From Octopus vulgaris (taxonomy: Eukaryota), in the NCBI GenBank assembly GCA_951406725.2, contig OX597826.1:3100001-3164000 (forward strand): a stretch of DNA of 64,000 nt, given 5' to 3'. The notes beneath the pieces are model-generated. The model did not search any database and was not told the DNA's origin. It was given only the letters and a program-made list of their open reading frames with translations. Position numbers and translations under genes: made by a program. The stretch's first letter is position 1, and every line of letters begins with the position of its first letter. Shown in pieces: positions 14,703 to 28,217 of this stretch.

Positions 14703-15324
14703 AATATACATATATATATACACAAACACATGCAGTCACACACACGCTCACACACACACACACACACACACACAGATATATACATATATGAAATTTTTGA
14801 TGCAGTGTAAAATCTTCACATCGATTAATAACCTTTTACTTTTGTAATAGTCTATTAAATATTTATTACGAAAATGCTTTGCATATTTGAGAATGAAATG
14901 CAACTCAAAAATGGCGAAAATTAAAAACGGAGTCTTAGTGTCTTAAACGTAACATTCTATATAGAATTCACCTGTTTCTCCGAGAAAGAGAAAAAAATGA
15001 AGTTCTAATTACTTTTTTTTAACTAATTAACTAAACTAATGTAGGAGTCAACGCACCTGAGATTTTTTTTTCATTAACTACAAACGTCGTTAGTAAAGAT
15101 TATGAATATTTTCTCCAAGAAACAGGTGAAATTCACAGAGGAATTCTTCTGCAATTCTAAGTGCTGTCATTAGGAAGAGTATTGAGAATGTAATGAACTA
15201 CTGGTGCAACCCTAGAAACTGGGTAATCGTCTATGTAGCTACTCGGAGTGATGACTTCAATACGATTACTCTATTCAAATGACTCCGAAATTTATCTTAA
15301 AACACGTTCGGTAACACGTTCGGT

Positions 15325-15556
15325 ATGTGTGTGTGTATATGTATGTGTGTCTGTGTTTGTCTCCCCAATATCGCTTGACAACCGATGCTGGTGTGTTTAC
15401 GTCCCCGTAACTTAACGGTTCGGCAAAGAGACCGATAGAATAAGTATTAGGCTTACAAAGAATAAATCCTGGGATCGATTTGCTCGACTAAAGCCGGTGC
15501 TCCAGCATAGCCACAGTCAAATGACTTAAACACGTAAAAGAGTAAAAGAGTAAAGA
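15325..15556 (+). mobile_element. SINE group A, 3' half
   Basis: Matches 8030-8245. Confidence 0.85.
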
Positions 15557-16035
15557 ATAGATTATATATTAACATATGTTACTGGCATATTTCATGTTCT
15601 AAACGGAAATACACTGCATTTACCGCGGAGAACAAATTCTCTGTTATGATCAAGCGTGTCGAACCCCAATATCTGCACAATGTTTCACACTATTAGATTC
15701 ACAGACGGACATTTTGGCACTTTAGACTTTCACAATAGGAAATACCGAAGGGCGAGAACTCAGGGTAGATTCAAAGCCATAGCTTTAACTAAATGTCAGT
15801 CAACATCAGTGTATGTAGGCACTATTGGAGCATCTGGCTCAAATATTTTTAGTTATGGTAAACACAACTGGACAATTATGTTGTGTCTACACATTTTGCC
15901 ATAACAAAGATACTTTTCTCCACGGTGACTGTTGCGAATTTGGGGTAGAGGTTAAAATATATCACAACCACATTTGAACTCTAGCCTAAAGATCTTTAAT
16001 CTTAACCATAGGTTTTCACCTTGGCGCTGATGCTG

Positions 16036-16075
<40 letters not shown>

Positions 16076-16076
16076 T

Positions 16077-16387
16077 GAGACCCCCTTCGGTCACGACACA
16101 GACCATGGGATTGCACCTAGAAAGTTACCCTCCCAGGCACAAGTCCGGGCAAGGTTGTTTATGGAAGACCAGCAGTCGCCCAAGCATACCGGCCTCACTC
16201 TCCACGCCACCTGTGTTATCCAAGGGAAAGTCAAAGGGGCCTATACAGCTTGGCACCTGTGAACTGGAGCAACGTGAAATAAAGTGTCTTGCTCAAGTAC
16301 ACAACACGCATCCCGGTCCGGGATTCGAGCTCACAACCACACGATCGTAAGCTCGACGCTCTAACCTCTGAGGCATGGGCTTTCACA
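16077..16387 (-). mobile_element. SINE group C, tail type 2, internally deleted
   Basis: Same head as 22703-23022; tail shared with 23308-23650. Confidence 0.8.
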
Positions 16388-16408
16388 CATACACAGACAC
16401 ACACATAT

Positions 16409-16708
16409 ATATTCTATAATTAAATACATAGTTATAGTCAGTGGTCCGCTAATTGCTTCGCCACGCACTCAATTAGAAAAAGGAGCTAAATGCATTTTCT
16501 ACTACCCCACACTAACACAGTCTTTTCCGTAGTAGAAAAGGCATTTAGCTCCTATTTCTAATTCAGTGCGTGGCGAAGCAATTAGCGAACTACTGATTAT
16601 AATTATGTATATAATTATAGAATATTTGTATAATCTTCCTAGAAAGGTTATTTTAACATACTGTCTACTTGGTAAAATTATTAATTTTTAATTTTACCCT
16701 TCTATTAT
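16409..16708 (+). mobile_element. Fold-back PLE-like mini element without a visible hammerhead
   Basis: 97 bp arms 16409-16505 and 16529-16625 related to the arms at 6094; tail ctacttggtaaaatt...aattttaccctt. Confidence 0.75.
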
Positions 16709-17874
16709 ATATATGTATGTATTTATTTATATATATATATACTTATATATGTATATATATATATGTATGTATGTCTGCACGTATGTATATATATATATAT
16801 TAATATGTATGTGTGTGTGTATATACATGTATGTAGATATATATGTATGAATGTATATATATATGTATATATACATATGTGTGTGTGTATGTGTGTATAC
16901 ATGTATGTATGTATACATATGCACGCGTTTGTGTATAATCCATTTGCACTGGAATATATCTACTATAAAAACATACCCATATATAATGTTTGTTAAAGTG
17001 CGTACATCGAACTCATACTTCTGAAGAATTCGGATGGCAACCTTCATCTATTTTGTATTAGTCAGGTGAACTTATTTCAATTGCGTTTCCGCCAACCAAT
17101 ATTTGCTTTACTCGATGTTATATACATATTTGTGGAAAATATTTCTTGCCTGAAGCTAAAATATTCTTGGATCTCAAGCTTATGTATCTACCATATAAAA
17201 GTAAAACATATTTTCAAATACAATTTGCTTGTAGTCAGTGAAGTTTTGGTGAAATTCATACAACCAAAATACGATTTAACTGCGTACATGGAATAAATCC
17301 TCGTACTTTACGACCTAGTTTTTATTGACGTTTAGGTACATATTCAAGTATTTATTTTGAAATATACTATGGCTGAAATGCTAGAAAATGTACAAACGAA
17401 TGTGTAAATTCTTTTGCCAGCTTGCTAGAATGTTGTCTATTGATGTATATTCAGAGACCCCTAAGTGAAACTAACCTAAAATATTTAAACTCAGCTTCAA
17501 AAAGCGATGAATCATTGCTTTTAAGATGAGGTTTCTTTATGTGAAATTATGAAATACACTTTTGAATTTACATCATATTGAACATTGAAACACTTGCATA
17601 AGTATGTATGCATACAGATACACACAGACACAGACACGTACACAGACACAGTCACATACACAGACAGACACACACATATTCATATATTAGATATATTCAT
17701 ATATTCACACACACACATATATATATATACATATATATATATGTATATATATATATGTGTGTGTGTGTGTGTATATGTGTGTTTGTAGATATATATGTAT
17801 GTATATATATATATATACATACACACACACATATATATATATAAAATACAGTGTACATTTAAACACATTAAGCG

Positions 17875-18215
17875 GTATCCATCATAGGACTTCCTTACGC
17901 TAGAAGGAACAGCTAAATTTCGGTGGATTTGAAAAATTAAAATGTATAAGCAAGAGGCACATGTTAGATTCGCCTCGTGCTTATATGTTTAATCTTGGCA
18001 TACCTGCTGATGAAGACTTCGCCGGGAAAATTATGTTATTTGCAAAAAAAAAGGCTGAAACCATGATCCAGGAAATAGATGGTAAATGTTTTTTTTAGTT
18101 TTTATTTTTCATTCCCTTCGAGATTTTATCCCTAATTAGTGGTTTGAACTTCAGCTGTTACTTCTAGCGAAATGGAGTCCTATGATGGATGCCTCTTTTG
18201 AATTTTGAATTTTCT
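17875..18215 (+). mobile_element. Fold-back PLE-like element containing a hammerhead
   Basis: Inverted arms ~17875-17920 and ~18148-18192 flank the hammerhead at 18003-18072. Confidence 0.7.
18003..18072 (+). ncRNA. Type I minimal hammerhead ribozyme
   Basis: CCTG-CTGATGA-AGACTT..AAGGCT-GAAA-CCATGA-TC-CAGG: stem I CCTG/CAGG, intact core, one mismatch each in stems II and III, AUC site. Confidence 0.7.
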
Positions 18216-18559
18216 TGTCTCTCTGCTTGTCTGTGTGTCTGTTCCCTATGCATTCTCAAACTACTCGAACAAATCAAATCACATTTTACCAGGTATTTGT
18301 ATCAGCCCCTGTGATTGTCACGATGTAATTTTTTTTCGATTGGATTAAAATTATATAGAATTGGTACTGGTTCGGATTACGTGTCAAATGTGAAAGAATA
18401 ACATATAATATTGTTTCACTTTTATTCTCTCACGTAGATTATTGCCATCAAGTCTGCTCTCAGTGTTTTGGTTAATGTACTGCTATACTGAGTAGTATTA
18501 CTAATTATAATATGGTAGACCCTCCAGTCGAATATGATGTATGAGCGTTCCCCTTTTGC

Positions 18560-18810
18560 AGAATAACCTGCTCCAATGATCTGTTTACAGTGATCAAATA
18601 TATATGCTCTACATTAACAATACATTAACTCACACTCTCTATCAAATCTATGTTGCTTAAACAGGTGCACGAAGTACCACACGACTGGTGTTGAAGCCAT
18701 CGTAGCGCAACATGAGATGAAATGCTTTGCTTAAGGACACAACGCATCACTTCGTCTAGGAATTGAAACCACGATCTCGAGATCTAACCACTAGGCCATA
18801 CGTCCTCATA
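18560..18810 (-). mobile_element. SINE group C, tail type 4 (duplicated at ~19690-19930)
   Basis: gaggacgtatggcctagtggttag...gtttcaattcc...tgtgtccttaagcaaagcatt. Confidence 0.7.
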
Positions 18811-19095
18811 TTTGTATAATATACACTGCAAATAATGCACAAATCGCGATAGACCGAAGTATATATAATTTTTCTCTACGTACGTTTCACTGACTGTGGG
18901 GGGGGGATTAGATGTGCCAAGTGATCCGAGGAAGCCTACCCCATGACTCGGGAAGGTATTTCATCTGTTGCTTTTTACACACACACACACGCACACACAC
19001 GCTCACAAACGCACACGCACACACACATATATGTATATATATATCTCCATAAATGTGTATATATATATGAATATGTGTGTATGTATGTATGTATC

Positions 19096-19409
19096 TGTTG
19101 CATCCTGCATCCCCAGTGTCGTGGTACCGCCATCATATTGTGACGGATGGTTTTGATATATTGTATCAATGTTTTAACAGTAAACAAAATTATTACGATG
19201 CAGTCGTAATAACAACGTAACGATCGAAGAATCTCTTCAGGAACCACCAATCAATATTCCAAACGAACTAACCAACCGACACCTTCCGACTTCACTGCGA
19301 ACTCAACTCGAACTAACACATAACTTACCCTCCGACCGATAGTATGTATAATCGCTCGGTCCAGTCTATTACTTTCTCGCAAGGAGGCGCCGTGACTCTC
19401 ATCACAACA
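19096..19409 (-). mobile_element. Possible LTR remnant
   Basis: Unique-sequence island in microsatellite; minus strand starts TGTTGTGA, has inverted TCACAATA followed by PBS-like TGATGGCGG; no TSD seen. Confidence 0.35.
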
Positions 19410-19415
19410 GCAAGC

Positions 19416-19465
<50 letters not shown>

Positions 19466-19474
19466 GTATGTATG

Positions 19475-19507
<33 letters not shown>

Positions 19508-20431
19508 GTGAAAGAATAACATATAATATTGTTTCACTTTTATTCTCTCACGTAGATGTATTGCCATCAAGTCTGCTCTCATGTTTGGTTAATGTACTGC
19601 TAAGTACTGAGTAGTATTGTAATTATAATATGGTAGACCCTCCATCGAATATGATGTATGAGCGTTCCCCTATTTGCATGAATAACCTGCTCCAATGATT
19701 TGTTTACAGTATGATCAAATATATATGCTCTACATTAACAATACATTAACTCACACTCTCTATCAAATCTATGTTGCTTAAACAGGTGCACGAAGTACCA
19801 CACGACTGGTGTTGAAGCCATCGTAGCGCAACATGAGATGAAATGCTTTGCTTAAGGACACAACGCATCACTTCGTCTAGGAATTGAAACCACGATCTCG
19901 AGATCTAACCACTAGGCCATACGTCCTCATATTTGTATAATATACACTGCAAATAATGCACAAATCGCGATAGACCGAAGTATATATAATTTTTCTCTAC
20001 GTACGTTTCACTGACTGTGGGGGGATTAGATGTGCCAAGTGATCCGAGGAAGCCTACCCCATGATTCGGGAAGGTATTTCATCTGTTGCTTTTTACACAC
20101 ACACACACGCACACACACACGCTCACAAACGCACACGCACACACACATATATGTATATATATATCTCCATAAATGTGTATATATATATGAATATGTGTGT
20201 ATGTATGTATGTATCTGTTGCATCCTGCATCCCCAGTGTCGTGGTACCGCCATCATATTGTGACGGATGGTTTTGATATATTGTATCAATGTTTTAACAG
20301 TAAACAAAATTATTCCGATGCAGTCGTAATAACAACGTAACGATCGAAGAATCTCTTCAGGAACCACCAATCAATATTCCAAACGAACTAACCAACCGAC
20401 ACCTTCCCACTTCACTGCGAACTCAACTCGA

Positions 20432-20740
20432 TACGTATGTACGTATGTATGTATGTATGTATGTATGTAAGTATGTATGTATGTATGTATGTATGTATGT
20501 ATGTATGTATGTATGTATGCATGCATGCATGTATGTATGTATGTATGCAATGTATTATGTATGTATGTATGTATTATGTATGTATGTATGTATGTATGTA
20601 TGTATGTATGTATGTATGTATGTATGTATGTATGTATGTATGTATGTATGTATGTATGTATGTATGTATGTATGTATCTATCTATGTATTACTATCTATC
20701 TATCTATCTATCTATATATATATATATATATATATATTTA
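20432..20740. repeat. (TATG)n/(TATC)n/(TA)n microsatellite
   Basis: Direct reading. Confidence 0.95.
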
Positions 20741-21787
20741 TCTACGTGCTTATGTGTATTTCTATATTCATGTATAATGTGTGTATCTGTATTTATAGAC
20801 TTATATACGCATTTTGATTGCGTGTAAATATGATAACAGATCATTTTTTTTTTAAATGCAAGTTCAGCGATATATCTTCCGCTTGATTTATAGAAAAAAA
20901 GACACCGAATTAAACTAATCTATTGTGTTGATTGAGAAAAGGAACCCCATGCTAATGTTTTCGATATCCAGAGCAAAATTCATGAGAAATGTTGACCACA
21001 CACAGAGGGAAATTCTGTAAATATTTCTTTGTTCTGCGCAGCATGAAATACCCACATGCTTATAGATATTATTGAATATTCAAGAATGTTTAAGAATATT
21101 CAAATACCAGTTCATTTCCTTTTATTAAGTAACCGCTGAAACATTAAATTCTTATTTTGTTACTCGGTGCAATGAATAAATAAGTAGGCGACTATCCTAT
21201 GCTTTAATACTTTCTTGACATTATCCCACACATTTGGAATAAAATCTTTGTTTGCTATTTGCATTGGATCACAAATTTATATTTTCCATAGAATTTGTAT
21301 ATTAAAGCCGACACTCCATTTGACACTATGTTTATTGTGCCGATAATTGTTACAACCGACCATTACAGTCATCATAATTTTGCTTTATTACGAAATTAAC
21401 ATCATATAATAACCTTTTCTACAAACTGGATTAAGATAATATGTATTGGGAACATGAAATAAAAATGTGTTTTATAGATATAGCAGTGACAACGTTTACT
21501 ATAATTTCAAACTGCGGATGTGATTTTATAAAGGGTCTGTAAAATATAGAAATTCCCATCTATTGACTCTGATTAAATGAGAATTTGAATTACTTTTTTT
21601 TTCGGTGATAACCTGTCTTTCAAAGAAATATAAACGCGAAATATTTTGCAGTATAATCTTTAATTTTTCGTAATATCATTTTGCTCGTGCAAACGACTAA
21701 CCCCCACCCACCAACACACATACAAACACATACGTGTAATCACACACATATGCACATACATACGCACATATGTATATATACATGCAC

Positions 21788-22653
21788 AGATTATCCATAA
21801 ATTACCTTTATAGTGTAAACAATACAGAAAAATAAATATGAACCATGGATAACTCGGTGGAGTTTCATGAGAAACGTAGGTAAATTTTTATAAACATCAG
21901 ATCACTGCCCTATTGGCTCCATTGGTTGCATATATCACTTCCAGGCGATGCTGAATTTCAGACCATGTGCGATAGAGCATCCCCTCATCAATGCTGGATA
22001 TAGCTTGACATATTTTCTCCTTGAAATAATTGAGGCCTTGAAATTTTGTACGAAAATCACGGTCATTAATGTAGCCATATAAGAATTCTAGAGGGCTTAT
22101 ATGTGGAGACTGAGGGGACCAGAGAACTGAACCGGTCTTCCGATGCACCGATCTGTCATTTGTCACAAGTACAGGAAAATTTGCACTGTATAAGCGTAAA
22201 CCATGAAGGTCTTGTGCTAAACTTCTGGTGACCGCGGTAAACTTAACCATCTAATTTCAGTACGAATGGACTTAGTTGAACTCCGATAAAACCCTGCACA
22301 AATTCGCTCAAAGTCTTCCACTAATGTTCTCGATCGAGAAGTCTCTGCTTTCTGTAAAGCACTTTCTATCTCCATCAATTTCTTATGCCTGGCACGGATG
22401 GTAACACGAATTGGTGGTTCTTTTCCATACTGTGTACGGTAACTTCGTTGGAACCGAGCGTCTGATTTGCTCTTTAAGAACCAGAACAAAAACAACTCTT
22501 CAACTGTGGAGTTATCATTTCCGTTAACAGATAAACATTTTTAAAGACAAACAGAAGAGTCTTTTATAACAAAATAAAGTACGCAAGTTAAAACTTTAAT
22601 ACTATTTACTTAACTTACGTATAAATAAATTGATGGAACTTTATAGATACAAT
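21788..22653 (-). mobile_element. Internally deleted Tc1/mariner-superfamily (DDxD, maT/rosa-like) transposon
   Basis: N-terminal HTH peptide QRSYRTQYGKEPPIRVTIRARHKKLMEIESAL; C-terminal WSPQSPHISPLEFLYGYIND...ATNG; degenerate TIRs atccataaattacc / ggaactttatagat. Confidence 0.8.
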
Positions 22654-22702
22654 ATATATAAAAAGTTATGAAGATAATTTACTGACAAGCTGTGAGTGTA
22701 TG

Positions 22703-23022
22703 GAGCACTCCGTCGGTTGTGACGACGGGGGTCTCAGGTGATACGATCAACGGAACAGCTTGCTCGTGAAATTAACGTGTAAGTGGCAGAGCACTCCACA
22801 AATACCTGTACCCTTAACGTAATTCTCGGGGAGATTCAACGTGACACAGTGTTTGACAAGTCTGGCCATTTGAAATACAGGTACTACTCATTATTGCCAC
22901 CTGAGTGGACTGGTGCAACGTAAGTGTCTTGCTCAAGGACACAACGCGCCGCCGGGAATTGAAGTCACGGCCTTACGATCATGAGCCGAATGCCCCTAAC
23001 CGCTAAGCCACGCGCCTTCACT
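22703..23022 (-). mobile_element. SINE group C, tail type 3
   Basis: gtgaaggcgcgtggcttagcggttaggg...cttcaattcccggc...tgtgtccttgagcaagacactt; second copy at 48005-48305. Confidence 0.85.
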
Positions 23023-23307
23023 GTGAGTGTATACTTACACACACACACACATATACGCACCTGTATCTATGTATAATTTAGGCATTTTATTTAAAAATAC
23101 TGATTATTTTATCCACCAGAAATGCGATAAAGCATTTCCTTCCGTATATGAGTGACGAATCTTACCATAATTTGAAATCGTGTATGCAGTTCAAAAAGAC
23201 TTGAGAAGGAATATGAAATCTATACATTTCAGCCAATGCTGTCTGTAATGAGCACAGCGAAAACACTGTGTCGTTATATACGATATTTTCATTATATACT
23301 ATATACG

Positions 23308-23650
23308 TTGTGAAGTCTGCATGGGTCAGTGGTTAGAGCATAAGGCTTACACTCATTAGGTAGTGTGTTCGATTCGCAGACAGAGCTGTGTGTCATGCAG
23401 GACACATTTTTGCACTTTGCTCCAGTTCACTCAGCTGTAGAAATGAGTTGTGACGTCACTGGTGGCAAGCTGCATTGGACTTTGTCTTTCCCTTGGATAA
23501 CATCAGTGTCGTCGAGGATGCGGAGGCTGGGATGCATGGGCGACTGCTGATCTTCCATAAACAATTTTGCCCGGAGTTGTGCCACCGAGAGGAAATTTTC
23601 CAGGTGCCGTCTCATGGTCATGCATGACCGAAGGTGTTCTTTACCCTTTA
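23308..23650 (+). mobile_element. SINE group C, tail type 2
   Basis: tRNA-like head plus tail shared with 16077-16387. Confidence 0.8.
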
Positions 23651-23857
23651 CAATACATGGATATATAGTGGGTATTAATGCACATCTTTAAAAGAATTCT
23701 TTATCTTTTTACTTATATCTATATACATATTCATATATGCGTGTGTTTATGCGTGTTTCAATAAATAAATAAATATGTATGTTTGTGTATGCGTGCCTGT
23801 TTGTGTATGCCATGTGTGTGAGTGTGTGTGCGTGTGTGTGTGTTTGTGTGTATTTCT

Positions 23858-24050
23858 GTCTCTTATCTTTTACTTGCCCAAGTCATTAGGTTGCCACAAA
23901 TCTGGAGCACCCAATGTGTTGGCCGCATGAATCGTCCCTAGTACTTATTCTGTCGCTCTCTCTTGCCGAACTGCTATGTTACGGAGACGCAAGCAGAACA
24001 GTACCGGCTGTCAAACGGGGGAGGGGACAAACAGAAAGAAAAATACACAC
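23858..24050 (-). mobile_element. SINE group A, diverged 3' half
   Basis: tcttttacttg...ctggagcacc...ctagtacttattct...gccgaactgcta. Confidence 0.65.
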
Positions 24051-24192
24051 AGACACGCACACACTCACACACACACATACTCACACACACGCTCGCACGC
24101 ACACACATGCACTGGAACTGAGCCTTTCTTACTGCACAAGCGCCGCCCCTAAGCCTACAGCCACTCCTATATATATATATATATATATATTG

Positions 24193-24583
<391 letters not shown>

Positions 24584-24631
24584 CATATATACATATATAT
24601 ACATACATACATACATACATACATACACACA

Positions 24632-24665
<34 letters not shown>

Positions 24666-25199
24666 AGCAAAAATTTAGATTCAGATGAATTAGGTTGAGG
24701 CACCACAGTTTTAGACTTAGTACGTTATTATCCATACAGTTTCAAAATAAGATTAAAATCAAAATAAGCAACAAGGATATCCACACATCCTGTTGCTGAT
24801 TTTGATTTTATATTTATATATATATGCGTATGTACGCACTCACACATACATTTGTAAAGGCCGTCCATGCCTACTAAATAAAAGGCGTTCCTCGAAGGCA
24901 CAGCAGCTCATTTCAACGTACAGGAAACAGCCAACCTCTTTCACTTCATACAATCTCCTATCGGAAATGTAGTGAAGATCGCATATGTATGAAATCCTTT
25001 TGAATGGACTCGGAGTTTGAGAACAATTGAGTAAGAACATCACAAACGAGAGGATGTGCTTCACTTGAAGGAAATGTTACTATTTGAGACAATATTTGTT
25101 ACATTAAATTAATAATATGGGAGTGTACGATATATCAATGTTAGTTTGTTTAATCCGTGTTTCGCGTGCTTCCCCAAAAGTTTAACAGGTAATTTGGAA

Positions 25200-25830
25200 A
25201 TTGGCGACACTTCCTAAAACTTAAAACCAATTCTATAATGTAACTTTGAAGAAAGGATAATTACTATTGAAAACATACAGGAGACTCGATAAAGAAAAAG
25301 AGATAAGAGAATTACACCGCAGACATATAAATTATTAGGAATTAATGACCTAGACAGTGAACACCAGACACAAATGGAGGAAAGATTGGAGAAGAAATTT
25401 AAAGAGGCATTAAAGTAATACGTAAAGCAGTGTGAAATTGAAAAAACAAATAACGTATTAAAAGTCAATAGTCTCGCTATTTTTGTAATATGTTATAGTA
25501 TTAATATTCTCAACTGGACGCTAGGTGCGGTAGCAAGAGCAGACATTGAAATATACAGCAAATAAAACAAAAACAACATATAAAAATTCCATTTAAAGCG
25601 ATTGTAGTGGTACAAGGATCTATTAGAATTCTGAAACAATGACCATTGTCCCCAGTCGTACTACAAATGTATTTGGCAAAGGGTAAAGAGGAAAATTATT
25701 CAAATAAATACAAAACTGGAACAAAGCAAAAACAACTATTTACCTATCTTTAATGGAACAAACAAATGCAAATGAAGAACTTGAACTTCACCAGTTAAAA
25801 TATATGTCTGGACCAACCGATTACAAGAAA
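25200..25830 (+). mobile_element. Decayed R4/Dong-like LINE fragment
   Basis: Peptide PQTYKLLGINDLDSEHQTQMEERLEK...NNVLKVNSLAIFVICYSINILNW resembles TYKYLGINE..MKEKI..NKVIAINSLAVPV.TYSF.ILNW. Confidence 0.7.
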
Positions 25831-25912
25831 TTAGTTTTTGCAGTTCTTGGTTATTTTATTTAAAATAATCAATCCTGAAGAATTGAAGCAGCCTGTAATA
25901 TTACAGAATAGT

Positions 25913-26517
25913 TATTTCTTTATTGTCCACAAGGGGCTAAACATAGAGTGGACAAACAAAGAGAGATACAGGAATTAAGTCGATTACATCGAGTACAGTG
26001 AGTAACTGGCACTTATTTAATCGACCCCGAAAGGATGAAATGCAAAGTCGACCTCGGCGGAAGTTGAACTCAGAACGTAGACACAGTTGAAATACCGCTA
26101 ATTATTTCGCCCGGCGTGCTAACATTTCTTATTTCCTTATTGCCCATAAGGGGCTAAACATAAAGGGGACAGACAAGGGGATTTAGTCGATGACATCGAC
26201 AACAGTGCGTAACTGGTACTTAATATATAGACCCCGAAAGGAGGAAAGGCAAAGTCAACATCGGCGGAATTTGAACTCAGAACATAAAGACAGACGAAAT
26301 ACCTATTTCTTTATTACTCACAAGGGGCTAAATACATAGAGGAAAACAAAGACAGACAAACGGATTAAGCCGATTACATCGACCCCAGTGCGTAACTGAT
26401 ACTTAATTTATCGACCCCGAAAAGATGAAAGTCAAAGTCGACCTCGTCGGAATTTGAACTCAGAACGTAGCGGCAGACGAAATACCGCTAAGCATTTCGC
26501 CCGGCGTGCTTGCCGCT
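25913..26517 (-). mobile_element. SINE group B, three tandem units
   Basis: Three repeats of ttctgagttcaa(a)ttccgccgaggtcgactttgcctttcatcctttcggggtc on the minus strand. Confidence 0.85.
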
Positions 26518-27269
26518 TTTGTATTATTAGTGAATATTTCATGGTTTATAATTCCATCAACGTCAAAATGTATAGAATTTTTTTTTTAAATGACACCCGT
26601 GCAAATAAATATGTGTGATACTTAGATATTTCATACTCCATACAGGCTCCTCATATCGAAGAATACTATCAAGACCCAGGCTCACCCAGCATTTTCGATA
26701 CGGCTCTTATGTAAGTACAATATATTTCTATCTCAATACAGGCGTAGATATTACGATAGTATCTAACTCTGCATTTAGCTTATACAGTAATCAGTAATTA
26801 ATCCCCATTCTAATTATATTACAGTGTGCAGAATATGCTAGTCAGTGTCGAAAAATATGATCAAGAGTAGTTAATCATTGAGAGCAGATGTAACCCTGGA
26901 GCTAAGATCTAAACCTAACCGTTCAATACCACAAATGATCCGGACTCTTTTATCCATATTAGACACCATCTTCATATTCAATTCAATTATAACCACTGGA
27001 AATCTGGCAATAATCTATTTTACAACGTCTCCACAATCCCATTGTTTCGCTAGTAAGCCCTTAACACTAATACTATACACTGGGTTATAACATTGTATGT
27101 ATATTGGACACATTTTTAACGGTTTACATGTTTATCAAAACTATCAGCCATGAAAATTATAATAGAAGCGTGTGATGACGTTTTTATTAGCAGGCCAATT
27201 TGCACAAGCACGCGAGCTCGTATATAGTACATACACGAGGACATATACACACATACGCACAGACACACA

Positions 27270-27345
<76 letters not shown>

Positions 27346-27347
27346 TA

Positions 27348-27398
27348 GTCACCATTGATGAGCTTTAAGTTCAAGCGAAACTACACTAGTATGGCGAT
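27348..27398 (+). ncRNA. Type I hammerhead ribozyme (U3 variant)
   Basis: GTCACCA-TTGATGA-GCTT-taagttc-AAGC-GAAA-CTA-cac-TAG-TA-TGGCGAT; all three helices present, GUA site ending at 27391. Confidence 0.75.
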
Positions 27399-27580
27399 CT
27401 CGCTCACTTTTAGACGGTTATCTCCCCTACCGGTGCATAAGCATGTGCTTTTTGTGGCTCTAAGGGTTTTTAACTGTTATTTCTAGCAATGTTGCTCCTA
27501 CCCTGCGCCGTCAATCACAACTGGTAACAACTGAATGTTTTCTTTTTGGCTTTTTATTGCGTATAACCGCCTTTCATTAT
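27348..27580 (+). mobile_element. Hammerhead-headed mini element between (TA)n tracts
   Basis: Begins at hammerhead stem I, carries ctgttatttctagc (27474-27487), ends tttcat plus (TA)n. Confidence 0.65.
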
Positions 27581-27593
27581 ATATATATATATA

Positions 27594-27790
27594 GTGACGC
27601 ATAATTGCCATTCGAATATGGCTAACCCCTAAGGGTGGATGCTACTGTACTTTGTAACCCCAGGAAGATATCTTCCTGGGGCTACAAACTACAGTAGCAT
27701 CCACCCTTAGGGGTTAGCCATATTCAAATGGCAAATATGCGTCACGACGTGTTACCGTTACTGTTTATAACTCGCTCTGAGATTTATCAT
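27594..27790 (+). mobile_element. 152 bp near-perfect palindrome plus unique tail, within (TA)n
   Basis: 27594-27745 symmetric about GATATC (27667-27672). Confidence 0.8.
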
Positions 27791-27810
27791 TATATATATA
27801 TGTATATATT

Positions 27811-27856
<46 letters not shown>

Positions 27857-27857
<1 letters not shown>

Positions 27858-28112
27858 CAGCTCAGTCGAAGTCGACTCTCGGTCACTCGTTGAATCAGTG
27901 TCCTTCAGTCAGTTCAATCCTGGGCCGCTTCCTTCAGATTGGCCATGTCCATTCCGGTATCACTCCTGAGGGTATCAAGCCAGCGGGTTCTCGGTCGGCC
28001 TCTTCCTCTCTTGCCACTGACCATTCCGAGCATGATGTCCTTCTCCAGGGATTCTTTCCGCATAATATGACCGAAATATGCCAATCTACGCTTGGTGATC
28101 CCAGCTTCTAGC
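27857..28112 (-). mobile_element. RTE-clade LINE 3' end
   Basis: LEAGITKRRLAYFGHIMRKESLEKDIMLGMVSGKRGRGRPRTRWLD is the typical RTE/BovB C-terminus. Confidence 0.9.
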
Positions 28113-28119
28113 GACATAT

Positions 28120-28217
28120 AGTTAGTCCAAACATGAAAACACAAAGAGAAAACACAACAACGCGAGGACGTGGAACAAGTATAGTGTTATTGGACGCTCA
28201 GGAAAGGAAAGAAAGGG
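28120..28217 (-). mobile_element. PLE pseudo-LTR 3' fragment
   Basis: Reverse complement of 62975-63070. Confidence 0.75.

Larger units (their letters stand above)
18386..20431. repeat. Tandem duplication of ~925 bp (18386-19311 and 19504-20431)
   Basis: Near-identical text, offset ~1.12 kb; second copy bounded by (TATG)n. Confidence 0.95.

Noticed and set aside
25913-26517. Regularly spaced repeats resembling a CRISPR array
   Set aside because: Units are ~200 bp SINE copies with no unique spacers, in eukaryotic DNA
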